Positions 9,977 to 20,307 of a stretch of 64,000 bases of DNA are shown piece after piece. Source of the DNA: an uncultured delta proteobacterium (GTDB lineage: Bacteria > Desulfobacterota > Binatia > UBA9968). Position 1 is the first letter of the stretch; every line of letters starts with the position of its first letter. The notes beneath the pieces are model-generated. The model saw nothing but the letters and a program-made list of their open reading frames with translations, was not told the DNA's origin and ran no database searches. A program made the translations under genes and the position numbers. The DNA is taken from the NCBI GenBank assembly GCA_963760795.1, contig CAVXEP010000020.1:64001-128000 (forward strand), given 5' to 3'.

Positions 9977-11063
9977 ATGCCGATCATCGATGCCGACACT
10001 CATATCGACGAGACCGAAGCCACTTGGGAATATCTCCGCGACTTCGAGCAGGACTTCAAACCGATCACCCAGTATCCCAGCCGCGTCGATCCCTCGAAGA
10101 CACCGGCGCGCTATTGGCTGGTCGACGGTCATCGCCAGATGCGCTTCGTGCGCGATGACGGCAATACCCGCACCACGGTGGCGACCCGCGAGTTGCTCGA
10201 CGTGCCGGCGCGGCTGCGCGACATGGATGCCATGGGCACGGAAGTCCAAGTGCTTTATCCGACGCTATTCTTGATGGAAGCCACCGAGCGCCCGGAAGTG
10301 TCCACCGCCCTGCGCCGCAGCTACAACCGCTGGCTCGCCGACCGCTGCGCCGAGTCCCATGGCCGCTTGCGCTGGGTCTGCTTGCCGCCGCTGATGAACA
10401 TGGACGAGACCATCAAGGAACTACAATTCGCCAAGGATCACGGCGCCTGCGGCATTTTGAAAAAAGGCGATTTGGAAGCCGGCAAATGGCCCGCTGACCA
10501 ATATTTCACCCCGCTATACGAGGAAGCCAATCGTTTGGACTTGCCGATCTGTGTGCACATCGGCTCGGGCACACCGGACTTCGTGCCGGCGCGGGAATTT
10601 TCCCTGGGTTCGTTCATGCGCTCGCAGTTGCCGACCGTTCATGCGTTTCACACCATCATCCGTCACCAACTGCCGGTGAAGTATCCCAAGCTGCGCTTCG
10701 GTATTATCGAAGCCGGCTGCTCGTGGATCCCGTTTATCGCCTGGGAACTCAAACGACGCATGGAAAAAGCCGCCGACGGCTCCGGCTCATTCAGCCAGTT
10801 CGCCCGCTACTACGCTGTCATCCGACTTGCTCAAAGCCAACCGCATGTACGTCACCTGCCAGGTCGACGAAGACTTGCCGTATGTCCTAAAAGTCGCCGG
10901 CGAAGACAGCCTGATGGTCGGCTCCGACTACACTCACCGCGATTCGTCGATGGAGTACGAATTTCCGCGCCTGCTCAAAGAACGCGCCGACGCCGGCGAG
11001 ATTTCGAAGTCTGCGGTACAGAAGATTCTCTACGACAACGCCAAAACGTTCTACGGAATCTGA
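9977..11063 (+). CDS. Amidohydrolase family protein (Amidohydro_2), one frameshift near 10810
   Basis: IIDADTHI, QVLYPT, CVHIG, IEAGCSW; continues in ORF 10827-11063 (MVGSDYTH, ILYDNAKTFY). Confidence 0.85.
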
Positions 11064-11134
11064 GAATTGTCAGCGGACAATGCCGAGCGCGTTATGAATC
11101 GCGCAAGCGCGGCGGCAACCCGAAGCAATCGCCG

Positions 11135-12235
11135 TCATTTGAGAAATTGGTTATAAAAGTAGTCAACCCAGTCGTTATTCTTATCGGATTGCAGATCCGG
11201 GTTTATGTAAATCGCCTTTTGAAATCTGCCACCGCCGGCTTTAAGATCGGCCTGCAAAGCGGGAACCCCCGGATGCGCGGGTAGATAGTTCACCGCTTGA
11301 AAAACTTTCTGTCCGGCCCTGGATAGCAAAAAATCGAGAAACAACATCGCCGCGTGGGGATGGGGCGCGTGCTTCGCTAAGCCGACCGTGCTTATCGTAG
11401 CCGGCACCGGCTCCAGCGCTTGCCACTCCGCGGGCGCGCCGGCAATTTTGCTGATATGAGCGTGATGGTTAAAAATCATCAGCCCGAGCGGATATTCCCC
11501 GGCAATGACCAAGTCCAAAATCTGTCTGTTAGCGGCTGCGTTATTGGCGATACTTTGCGCTTTTAACTTTTGCAGATAGGACTTGCCTGCGTTGTCTCCC
11601 ATTGTCAGCAGCGCGTTGCCGATGAAAAGCGGCGCTCCCGAGGTGCGGTTTGTCGACCACATCATCTGATTTTTCCAGCGCGGATTGAGCAGATCCTCGT
11701 AGGTTCTTGGCACCTCGTTGGGTTTGACCATCCTGCTGTTGTATCCAAGAGTCATGAAATAGACATTGCTCACACCCCAAAATCCTTGCGGGTCCTTGAG
11801 CTCGGCGGGATACTCGGCCGAGTGCGGCGAGAGAAACTTTTGCAAATAGCCCGCCTGCCGCGCCACCGTCGTGGCGCCGCTGCCGCTGATGACATCGACG
11901 TCGTATCTCTTCGCTTGATACTCGGTGAGGATTTTCTGGCCTAGGCGGTCCGAATTTGCGCGAAAAAACTCAAGTTGGATAAACGGATACTCCTTTTCAA
12001 ACGCCGCTTTCAGCGGACGGACGACCTGATCGACGATCAGTGCCGTGTAAAACATCAGCCTGGCTTCCTTCTTGGCCCCATCGACAAGAATCTTTTGGCG
12101 CCCGGCCGATTTAAGCAAAGCAATCTCTTCCATTGTCGCGGCGGTCGCGAACGGAGTCCACAAGAACGCTCCAAGCGCCATCGCCACCAGCAGGTAACCT
12201 GATTGAAGAATCGACCGTGGCTGTTGACCGGTCAT
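11135..12235 (-). CDS. Extracellular solute-binding protein, paralog group A
   Basis: EEIALLKS..RQKILVDGAKKE, YTALIVDQVVRP, IFNHHA, APHPHAAMLFLDFLLS. Confidence 0.88.
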   Translation of the reverse strand: MTGQQPRSILQSGYLLVAMALGAFLWTPFATAATMEEIALLKSAGRQKILVDGAKKEARLMFYTALIVDQVVRPLKAAFEKEYPFIQLEFFRANSDRLGQKILTEYQAKRYDVDVISGSGATTVARQAGYLQKFLSPHSAEYPAELKDPQGFWGVSNVYFMTLGYNSRMVKPNEVPRTYEDLLNPRWKNQMMWSTNRTSGAPLFIGNALLTMGDNAGKSYLQKLKAQSIANNAAANRQILDLVIAGEYPLGLMIFNHHAHISKIAGAPAEWQALEPVPATISTVGLAKHAPHPHAAMLFLDFLLSRAGQKVFQAVNYLPAHPGVPALQADLKAGGGRFQKAIYINPDLQSDKNNDWVDYFYNQFLK

Positions 12236-12295
12236 CTCGCTACCTCCTCAGAACTTAGTCTCCCGTCCATGAGTGCGGCAATTTCACGAACGTCG

Positions 12296-13066
12296 TCACT
12301 GCTTCCGGGTCGCCGCGAGCTTTTGATAATTCCACGTTCCGTCGCGTTGCGGCGGGCGGCCTTTGAGGACATCTTTGAAATGCGGCTGTTCGTACAGCGG
12401 TGTGCGATTGGACATCTCGTCGACTAAGTTGCCAGGCAAGCTTTTATAATCCTTGCCCTCAGCGCAATAGGCCAGGTAATTCATCCGCGCCTGTTCTTCC
12501 AAGTACGCCATGCCCATCACCGCTTCGGACGGATTCTTTCCCGTCGTCACCGCGCCGTGGCCATAAAGCAGCATCGCTTGGCTCTCGCCCAACAGATTTG
12601 CCACCTCCATGCCTTCGGCGTCGCTCTGAATCGTCTTGACGTGGGGATAAATCGGCAACGGCCGCTGCACCAGCTGCGCGCCTTCCTGACACATCGGCTT
12701 TAGCCCGCCGGTCAGGATGCTCATGAGTATCGTGTAGCGCGGATGCACGTGCACGACCGCCTGCACGTTCGGATGCGTCTTGTAAATGCAGGCGTGGATT
12801 TTGACTTCCGAGCACTGCGTCAGCCCGGTACGCCCGCCGATCTTGAAACCCTCGGTGTCGCACATGACCATGTCATCGGCCTCCATCACCGCCAGCGCGT
12901 CGTACTCGTACTCGCGTCCTTTGACGAAAAAATGATTGGGCTCAGTGGGAATGCGCATACTCGCGTGGCCAAAGGCGGCGGCAAACCCGGTGGCTAAGCC
13001 AAGATTGGCGAGCACTCGGTTCGCCGCTGCCACCTCGCGTTTTACGTCTTCATTGTCTGAATTCAT
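12296..13066 (-). CDS. Class II aldolase/adducin family protein
   Basis: FGHASMR, SEVKIHACIY, VVHVHP, LLYGHG (Zn-binding His residues). Confidence 0.88.
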   Translation of the reverse strand: MNSDNEDVKREVAAANRVLANLGLATGFAAAFGHASMRIPTEPNHFFVKGREYEYDALAVMEADDMVMCDTEGFKIGGRTGLTQCSEVKIHACIYKTHPNVQAVVHVHPRYTILMSILTGGLKPMCQEGAQLVQRPLPIYPHVKTIQSDAEGMEVANLLGESQAMLLYGHGAVTTGKNPSEAVMGMAYLEEQARMNYLAYCAEGKDYKSLPGNLVDEMSNRTPLYEQPHFKDVLKGRPPQRDGTWNYQKLAATRKQ

Positions 13067-13308
13067 TTCTCTCTCCTTCTAGCGCGAGCGCGTTCTTTCA
13101 CGCCCGCTGGTTATGCCGTTTTGTATTTGTGCTTCTTGATTCGAATTGCAAAACTCGTCCTGAACGAATGTGCAGGATCTTGATCTACCTGACTCCCAAC
13201 TCCCGCCGCTTTGCGAATCGATGGATAACTGATTCCCCTCAAGGCCGCCTCGCGATCCATTTTCATTACGCTGATCGAGGTTTTGCTCCGTCCGCGGTAA
13301 TTGGGCGA

Positions 13309-13743
13309 TTAGAACGACACGCACGAACGGGCCGTCACTCGAAGCACCGACTCTTGTTGAAATTGTTCCTTGTACACGGCGACGAGCTCTCGAACATTCT
13401 TTTCGAAGCGTTCCTCGTTGGGATGAATAATTTGCACCACGTAGGTTGCCTCTCGAGCCATCGTGCCATTTTCCATATTCCACTGCCCCGACGCTCGAAA
13501 CACGGTGAGCCCCTGCGGAAACCGAGGAGTGATGACATCTCCAAGGAATTGATTCCATTCCTCTCCCGTAACCACGCCATCTGGTTTGGCGGTACCGAAG
13601 TACAGCGAATTATGAATGGCAAATTGCTCCTCGCTCCGACAGTTTTCCTGGCGCAGTGACATGCATGCGGGCAACCAGGCCGCAATAGCAACGACAAGCG
13701 TGATTTGCGAAAACTGCATGGCTACAACGAGATATCCCATCAA
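13309..13743 (-). CDS. DUF3574-like (lipo)protein
   Basis: LYFGT..PDG.V...EW..FL...ITPRFP.GLTV....GQW and F.QESVLRV match my recollection of DUF3574; LPAC is lipobox-like. Confidence 0.75.
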   Translation of the reverse strand: MMGYLVVAMQFSQITLVVAIAAWLPACMSLRQENCRSEEQFAIHNSLYFGTAKPDGVVTGEEWNQFLGDVITPRFPQGLTVFRASGQWNMENGTMAREATYVVQIIHPNEERFEKNVRELVAVYKEQFQQESVLRVTARSCVSF

Positions 13744-13897
13744 TCAATATTCTTCGCAACGCGCAATTCAACTTAGCCTGAACCATCTGCGTACCCTCAG
13801 CGAAATTACTCTTGCCCGAATTGACCCACCCCCGCGATGCCCTGGCGATGGAAAATCTCCGGTCTCAGTTTCCCGCCCAACCGGCAGCGAGTTTCCC

Positions 13898-14644
13898 CTA
13901 GCCAGGTTTCACGGCGACGAGGTTGACCAGCGTTTCTTCCCGCTGCGCCGGGACGCCGAAGCCAAACCACTCGAAGGCGCCGAGATCAGACCGACTCCAC
14001 CACAGATAGGGTAGCGACACATTCTGGGAACCAAAAGTAAAACCTTGATCCCGAATCATCGCCTGGTACTCCGCCGCGCTACGCTGCACATGCATCGGAT
14101 GGCGAAACAACAGGCGAATGATCCATGAGTGGATATAGGCGCGAGTCGATTCGGCGAACAACAATAACCCGCCGGGTTTGAGCACGCGAAACATTTGCGC
14201 CAATGCCATTCGCTGTCGCGATAGATGGTGAAAGGTCTGATGGCAAAACACCAAGTCCACGCTGGCATCGGCGACATCGAGCGCCGCGATATCGCAATGA
14301 CGCAGTTCTATCGGAATTTTTTCTTTCAACGCTTCAGCCTGGGCATGTTGCAGACATTTCACTTCAGCGTCGACACCGATCAAGCGCTGTGGCGAGAAAT
14401 GCTCGATCAACAGCCGGAAGGACTTGCCTTGCCCGCATCCCGCGTCGAGCACGATCGGATAGGATGGCTGGCGTTGCGGCATCAGTCGTTCCAAATCGTC
14501 AAGCGCAACTCTCAGCACATGGGTGGTCCAAGTCTGGGTGCCGAGAAACCAAAAGCCAATCCTGGTCTCCGGTACGAAGGCTATGTCAGCAGCGCTATGA
14601 GTTGTCTTCATACCTATGAACTGAACATTCATCGAGTCGTTCAA
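13898..14644 (-). CDS. Class I SAM-dependent methyltransferase (Methyltransf_11)
   Basis: VLDAGCGQG, GVDAE, DASVDLVFCHQTFHH, RVLKPGG. Confidence 0.88.
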   Translation of the reverse strand: MNDSMNVQFIGMKTTHSAADIAFVPETRIGFWFLGTQTWTTHVLRVALDDLERLMPQRQPSYPIVLDAGCGQGKSFRLLIEHFSPQRLIGVDAEVKCLQHAQAEALKEKIPIELRHCDIAALDVADASVDLVFCHQTFHHLSRQRMALAQMFRVLKPGGLLLFAESTRAYIHSWIIRLLFRHPMHVQRSAAEYQAMIRDQGFTFGSQNVSLPYLWWSRSDLGAFEWFGFGVPAQREETLVNLVAVKPG

Positions 14645-14655
14645 CCCCCCGGGCC

Positions 14656-15738
14656 TCAGCGCAAAAATTCCTTCTCAAAATAATCCGCCCATTCATTGCT
14701 CTTGTCGTAGAGCAACTCCGGGCTGAGATAATTGGCTTTCTTGAAGCGCACGCCGGGTTTCAGATCGGCCTGCAGGGCGGGGATTTCGGGATGGGCCGGC
14801 AAATAATTGGCGGCTTGAAATACCCGCTGGCCTTTGCGCGAAAGCACGAAGTCGAGAAACAGCATCGAGGCATGCGGATGGGGCGCGGTTTTGGCAATGC
14901 CGATGGAATTGTTGGTCGCGGTCACCGGTTCCAGGGGATGCCACTCCACCGGGGCACCGGCGGCTTTGCTGATAAACGCATGGTGGTTAAAAATTTGAAT
15001 CGACAGCGGATATTCGCCGGCGATGACCAGGTCGAGTATCTGCCGCGCGCTGGCGGTGCTCTTGGCGATGTTTTGCTGTCGCAATTTTTGCAGATAAGCC
15101 TTGCCGGCTTCCTGACCCATGCTGGTGAAAATGTTGCCGACGAATTGCGGCGCGCCCGAGCCCCGGCTGGTGGACCACATCATTTGGCCTTTCCAGCGGG
15201 GATTGAGCAGGTCTTCATAGCTCTTCGGCAACTCGGCCGCTTTCACCAGGCGCGTGTTGTAACCCAAGGTCATGAAGTAAACGTTAGTGCTGCCCCAGAA
15301 ACCGTTGGCATCTTTCAACTCGCGCGGGTACTCGGCGATGGGCGGCGAATAGAAACGCTGCATTATCCCGGCGCGCTGCAACATGGTCGCGGCGGCGCTG
15401 CCGCTGACGATATCGACCTCGTAGCGTTTAGCCTGGTGCTCGGCCAACACCCGCTGGGCTAGGCGGTCGGCGTTGGCGCGAAAAAACTCGATTTGGAGAA
15501 ACGGATATTCCTTCTCGAAGGCATCCTTCACCGGGCGCACCACCTGATCGACGATCAGTCCGGTGTAGAATGTAACCTTGCCCTCTTTTTTCGCGCCTTC
15601 GACGAGAATCTTTTCGCGATTGGGCGATTTCATTAAAGCGATTTCTTCCACCGTCGCCGCGTGCGCCACAGTGGCGGGAACCGCCGCCACGGCGGCGGCC
15701 AAAGCCAAGAGTAAGCGCATGAACAGATTGCCAAACAT
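14656..15738 (-). CDS. Extracellular solute-binding protein, paralog group A
   Basis: VEEIALMKSPNREKILVEGAKKEGKVTFYTGLIVDQVVRP; IFNHHA; APHPHASMLFLDF. Confidence 0.88.
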   Translation of the reverse strand: MFGNLFMRLLLALAAAVAAVPATVAHAATVEEIALMKSPNREKILVEGAKKEGKVTFYTGLIVDQVVRPVKDAFEKEYPFLQIEFFRANADRLAQRVLAEHQAKRYEVDIVSGSAAATMLQRAGIMQRFYSPPIAEYPRELKDANGFWGSTNVYFMTLGYNTRLVKAAELPKSYEDLLNPRWKGQMMWSTSRGSGAPQFVGNIFTSMGQEAGKAYLQKLRQQNIAKSTASARQILDLVIAGEYPLSIQIFNHHAFISKAAGAPVEWHPLEPVTATNNSIGIAKTAPHPHASMLFLDFVLSRKGQRVFQAANYLPAHPEIPALQADLKPGVRFKKANYLSPELLYDKSNEWADYFEKEFLR

Positions 15739-15963
15739 AACCGTTCCTCCTCTGACCGCAGTTTAGGCGATCATCTTGCCAAATAAGTTGCCAACGACTT
15801 CATGGCGCAAGCTAGACCTGCTGTCGCCTCGCTGTCAAGTATGGCCCCGGCAGCGCGAAAAACGGTCGCACTGAATTTTTCTTGCCAGTCGGCCGATTCA
15901 TGGTAAGGTCCGGCCAAATTAGCTGAGCGAAACCACCGCGGCAATTTTCTCGGGAGAAATATC

Positions 15964-17146
15964 ATGCCGGAACAAGCCATCAAAGATAAAACCGCCATCG
16001 CCGGTATCGGCTGGACGGCGTTTACACGCAAGTCGGGGGTGCACACATTGACGCTCGCCGCAGAGGCGAGTCTCAACGCCATCGCCGATGCCGGACTTGA
16101 GGTGCAGGATATCGACGGCGTCGTTTCGTATTTTCACAAGCGGCCGGAGTCTAAAGAGGTGTCCGAGCTGACGCAGATGTTGGGCATCAAGAATTGCAAC
16201 TTTCAGCTCTACAGCGACGGCGGCGGCGGTTGGAACTGCGCCGCGGTATTATCCGCGGCCATGCTGGTGCACTCGGGCGTCTGTAAGAACGTTCTGGTGT
16301 TCAAAGCGCAGAATCGCTACAGCGAAGGCCGCGCCGCGCGCAGCCGAGCGCGCCCATGACGTGAGCGGTCCCGATCAGTTTACGATGCCCTTCGGCCAGC
16401 ACCATGCCGCGGCCCATTTCGGCCCCCACGCCACCGCGCACATGGCGCGCTACGGCACCACGTCGCTCGACTTCGCCCATCTCGCCGTCACCGAGCGCAG
16501 CCACGCCATGCTCAACAAGAAAGCCATGATGCGCAAGCCGATGACCATCGAAGAACATCAGGCGTCGCGTTGGATCATTTATCCATTTCGCCTGTTCGAC
16601 TGCTGCCAGGAAACCGACGGCGCCGTGGCGCTGGTGGTGACTTCCGCCGAGCGAGCGCGCGACCTGAAACACGCGCCGGTCTACATCATGGCCGGCGTCG
16701 GCGGCACCAGCCAGCCCGCCGGTTGGTGGGAGACCAATGGCGTGAATACGGCGCCGCGACTTTACGAAGGCGCCGGCATCACGCCGCGGGATGTCAGCTT
16801 CGCCGAGATTTACGATCCGTTCACGTTCATGTGCATGACCCATCTCGAGGATTTAGGAATGGTACCCAAAGGCGAGATTGGCCCATGGGTTCGCGCCGGA
16901 AATAATCGCCTCGATGGCTCGCTGCCAGTGAATACCCACGGCGGCCTGTTGTCGGAAGGACATATCGCCGGCCTCAACCATTTCATCGAAGCGGTGCAGC
17001 AGCTACGCCCCGAAGGCGTCGTCGACGATCTCTGCGATGGGCCGCACAGCTACGACCGCGCCACCTGCCGCCAGGTGCGCGATCCGCAGATCGCGCTGCT
17101 CTGCGGCGAATGCGTCGACAGCGCCATGCTGCTGAGAAAGGCTTGA
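15964..17146 (+). CDS. Thiolase-like protein (SCP2/Ltp2-type), one frameshift near 16341
   Basis: TAIAGIG, AIADAGL...DIDG, DCCQETDGA, AEIYDPFT, PVNTHGGLLSEGH; ORFs 15964-16359 and 16361-17146. Confidence 0.85.
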
Positions 17147-17148
17147 GT

Positions 17149-17565
17149 ATGAACGCCTACGCCAAACCGCTGCCCCGCACCGATGTCGACACGCAACCAT
17201 TTTGGGATGCTTGCAAGCTTCACGAACTGCGCGCCCAACGCTGCAACGATTGCCAGCACTTCCGCTGGCCGCCCCAAGCATTTTGTCCCGAGTGTTATTC
17301 GTGGAAGTTTGAATGGACCCGCCTGGCGGACACCGGCAAGGTTGCAACCTTCGTCGTGGTTCATTACGCCGCGATCACGGCCTTTCAACCCGACCTACCC
17401 TACGTCGTCGCCCATATCGCCATCGACGGCACCGACGGACGCGTGCAGCTCCTCAGCAACGTCATCGACTGCCCGTGGCAAGAAGTGAAAGTCGGTATGG
17501 CGGTAAAGGCAGTGTTCGAAGATGTGACGCCGGAAGTGACGTTGGCGAAGTTCAAACCGGCTTAA
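17149..17565 (+). CDS. Zn-ribbon/OB-fold protein (DUF35, ChsH2-like)
   Basis: PFWD, CNDC...CPEC zinc ribbon, PYVVA, VKVGMAVKAVF; starts 2 bp after the thiolase stop. Confidence 0.9.
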   Translation: MNAYAKPLPRTDVDTQPFWDACKLHELRAQRCNDCQHFRWPPQAFCPECYSWKFEWTRLADTGKVATFVVVHYAAITAFQPDLPYVVAHIAIDGTDGRVQLLSNVIDCPWQEVKVGMAVKAVFEDVTPEVTLAKFKPA

Positions 17566-17634
17566 CCAGGACGGCTCCCGCTCGATTCTTCCGCGTGACA
17601 TGAATCACCAATTTTTCCATGGAGGTGATCACCT

Positions 17635-18798
17635 ATGCCTGGCGCATTAGAAGACATTCGCGTGATCGATTTCACCCACGCGCTCAATGGCCCTTTTTGC
17701 ACGATGCTGCTCGGCCACCTCGGCGCCGAGATCATCAAGATCGAGCCGCCGAGCGGCGACAGTTTTCGCCGTATCTGGATGCCACCCGACGCCAAAGTCG
17801 ACGGCTACGAGTTTCTCTGGATCAACGTCAACAAAAAAAGTGTCGCCCTCGATCTCAAAAGCGAACGGGGCCGTGAGCTGGCGCGGCAGCTCATCGCTTG
17901 CTCCGACGTGTTGGTCGAAAATTACTACAAGGGCACCATGGAACGCTTTGGTCTCGACTATGAATCCGTCAAGAAGATCAACCCGCGCCTGATCTATGCC
18001 TGCTCGCGCGGCTATGGCGATTGGGGCCCCTATTCGAACTACGGCAACACCGCCGCCAGCAACAACAGCATCGCCGGCTGGACGCACACGGCGTGGCAGG
18101 AAAGCGGCGTGGAGGGAGCGCGCGCGCTGGGTATCGGGGATGAAGCTGCCGGCGTCAGCATGGCCCTGGGAATCTTAGCGGCGCTGCACGCGCGCCAACA
18201 CACCGGCGAAGGCCAAAAGCTCGTGGTCTCCATGCAGGAAGCGGTGCTGGGTTTCATGGTCAGCTCGATGCACGAATTTTTTACCGGGAACAAGGTCGGC
18301 GGTCAGCCGATGAAAGTTGCCGACGGCTATTTCACAATGCGCATGGCGGATTTAAGCGATGCCAACTGGGCCAAGCTCGCCCGCTTGATTGGCCAGGATA
18401 ATCTTACTACCGACGCGCGTTTTGCAACGGCCGCGGCGCGCCGCCAGAATCATGCCGCGCTGGAGGCAATCATTCGAGCCTGGGCGCGACAAAAAACTCG
18501 CCAAGAGATTTGGCAAGGACTCCGCGACCTCGGTTACTTTGGCGCACCGGTCCTGTCACTTGGCGAGGTAATGGAAGATCTCCATATCAGAACCCGCAAA
18601 GCCTTTATCCAACGCGACCACCCCAGCGCGGGAGCCACCACCCTGCTGGCGCCCTGGATTCACCTCTCGAAAACGCCGGCGACCATTCATGACGATGCGC
18701 CGGCGATCGGCCAGCACACCGACGAGGTACTTGGCAAGCTTCTCGGCGTGAGCCCGACGGAGCTAAGCGATCTGCGCCAGCAAGGTGTCGTAAAGTGA
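17635..18798 (+). CDS. Family III CoA-transferase (CaiB/BaiF), copy 1
   Basis: [53 protein letters not shown] (catalytic Asp), APAIGQHT. Confidence 0.92.
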   Translation: MPGALEDIRVIDFTHALNGPFCTMLLGHLGAEIIKIEPPSGDSFRRIWMPPDAKVDGYEFLWINVNKKSVALDLKSERGRELARQLIACSDVLVENYYKGTMERFGLDYESVKKINPRLIYACSRGYGDWGPYSNYGNTAASNNSIAGWTHTAWQESGVEGARALGIGDEAAGVSMALGILAALHARQHTGEGQKLVVSMQEAVLGFMVSSMHEFFTGNKVGGQPMKVADGYFTMRMADLSDANWAKLARLIGQDNLTTDARFATAAARRQNHAALEAIIRAWARQKTRQEIWQGLRDLGYFGAPVLSLGEVMEDLHIRTRKAFIQRDHPSAGATTLLAPWIHLSKTPATIHDDAPAIGQHTDEVLGKLLGVSPTELSDLRQQGVVK

Positions 18799-18898
18799 CT
18801 AGGGGCCACACGCGAGATTGCCGCGAAGGAAGGGTAGCAAAGCAGATCGTGTGAAACTAACTCCATCCTAAGATTCTAACCGAAATGGCGGGTGAACC

Positions 18899-20038
18899 AT
18901 GAAATACCGGCATTACGCGGGCAGTGCTTATCTCCGGGGTTTTACCTTGCTGCTGATTTGCCAGCTGAATTTTCCCACCACCGCCGCTTTTTCTCAGAGC
19001 GCGACGGGCTGGAAAGCCAAGTGGGACAAGGTGCTTGGCAGCGCCAAGAAAGAAGCAACGGTGGTCGTCTGGGGGCCGCGCGGCGATATCATCCGCAACG
19101 CGCTGGTTCAAGGCTTCAAGAAAGCAATCGGCGAGATTGATGTCGAGTACTTGGCCGCCAGCGGCAGCGAGTTCGCCGCCAAAGCAAGGGCGGAGCGGGC
19201 CGCTGGGCTCTATAGCGTCGATGTCGTGCTCGCCGGCAGTACGACGGCGATCTGGTATTTCAAACCCATGGGGGCCCTCGAACCCATCGAACCGATTTTG
19301 CTATTGCCTGAGGTAACCGAGGGAAAAAACTGGCGCGAGGGCAGGTTGGAATTCTCAGACGAGCCCAGGCGTACGAATCTGGTTTTTGTCACCCACGCGC
19401 AGTTTCCAGTGATCTACGATCCCGCCCAGGTCAAAGCCGATGAGGTCGATGAGCTCAGTGACCTGCTCGAGCCAAAGTGGAAAGGCAAATTTATTTTGAG
19501 CGATCCGCTTCCCGCCGGTCCGGGAAATTCATTTTTCCGGCTCATCTGGGAGAACCTCGGGCCGGACAAGGCAACCGATTATTACAGAAAACTTCGCGGC
19601 CAAATCGGCGCCGTGGACCGCGACGCGCGGCGCCTCATCGAGTGGGTGGCGCAAGGGCGGTTTGCCGTTGGACTGGGTGCCAATAGCTCGATTGTCGAAC
19701 AGTTGCAAAAGCGTGGGCTGGTGGTCAGCGTGATGCCCTATTTCAAAGACATTGGCACCCATGTCGGTGCCGGCAGCGGCACGATCATGCTCATGAACAA
19801 GGCGCCGCACCCCAACGCCGCCGCGATTTTCATCAACTGGCTGCTCAGCAAAGACGGCCAGACATCATGGACCAAAGCCGACAACGATCTCAGCCGCCGG
19901 ATCGACGTGCCGTCCGACAACGTACCGCCATATCGTTTGATCAAACCAGGTGTGCCGTACTGGCGCGGCTACCTGGAAAAGAACGTGCCCCGTTCAGAAG
20001 AAGAGGAGAAACTGCTTAAGGAGCTTTTCAGCAAGTAA
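18899..20038 (+). CDS. Extracellular solute-binding protein
   Basis: WDKVLGSAKKE, DLLEPKWKGK, APHPNAAAIFINWLLSKDGQ; same subfamily as 437-1579. Confidence 0.85.
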   Translation: MKYRHYAGSAYLRGFTLLLICQLNFPTTAAFSQSATGWKAKWDKVLGSAKKEATVVVWGPRGDIIRNALVQGFKKAIGEIDVEYLAASGSEFAAKARAERAAGLYSVDVVLAGSTTAIWYFKPMGALEPIEPILLLPEVTEGKNWREGRLEFSDEPRRTNLVFVTHAQFPVIYDPAQVKADEVDELSDLLEPKWKGKFILSDPLPAGPGNSFFRLIWENLGPDKATDYYRKLRGQIGAVDRDARRLIEWVAQGRFAVGLGANSSIVEQLQKRGLVVSVMPYFKDIGTHVGAGSGTIMLMNKAPHPNAAAIFINWLLSKDGQTSWTKADNDLSRRIDVPSDNVPPYRLIKPGVPYWRGYLEKNVPRSEEEEKLLKELFSK

Positions 20039-20043
20039 CGCGG

Positions 20044-20126
20044 CTGCCCGTGCAAGAAGTCAAAGTCGTCTGGCGGTGCAGGCAGTATTCGAAGACGTGA
20101 CGTCCTGGATGACGCTGGCGAAGTTC
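20044..20126 (+). pseudogene. Decayed copy of the 3' end of the DUF35/OB-fold gene (17469-17553)
   Basis: ctgcccgtg-caagaagtcaaagtcg-tctggcggtgcaggcagtattcgaagacgtgacg...ggcgaagttc aligns to 17469-17553 with two 1-bp deletions. Confidence 0.85.
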
Positions 20127-20205
20127 CACGACGAATTCGCGAGCAATGGCGAAGATCCTCATCCCATTTTGGTCCGCGGGGCCGCTTTTCGATTGTCACA
20201 TACGT

Positions 20206-20289
20206 GTAGGGGCGCCGACCGGCGTGTCGGCCCTCCGAAATGGCGGTCACCCTTCGACTCGGCTCAGGGCCGGCGCCGGTCCGCCCTAC
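20206..20289. repeat. GTAG-family REP doublet (inverted pair) with internal CCCTTCGACTCGGCTCAGGG motif
   Basis: GTAGGGGCGCCGACCGGCGTGTCGGCCC ... GGGCCGGCGCCGGTCCGCCCTAC. Confidence 0.7.
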
Positions 20290-20307
20290 CATTAAATGCT
20301 GCTTTCT

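Noticed and set aside
16357-16359. TGA in the thiolase gene as possible selenocysteine
   Set aside because: The downstream half is in a different frame; one extra base near 16341 explains it.
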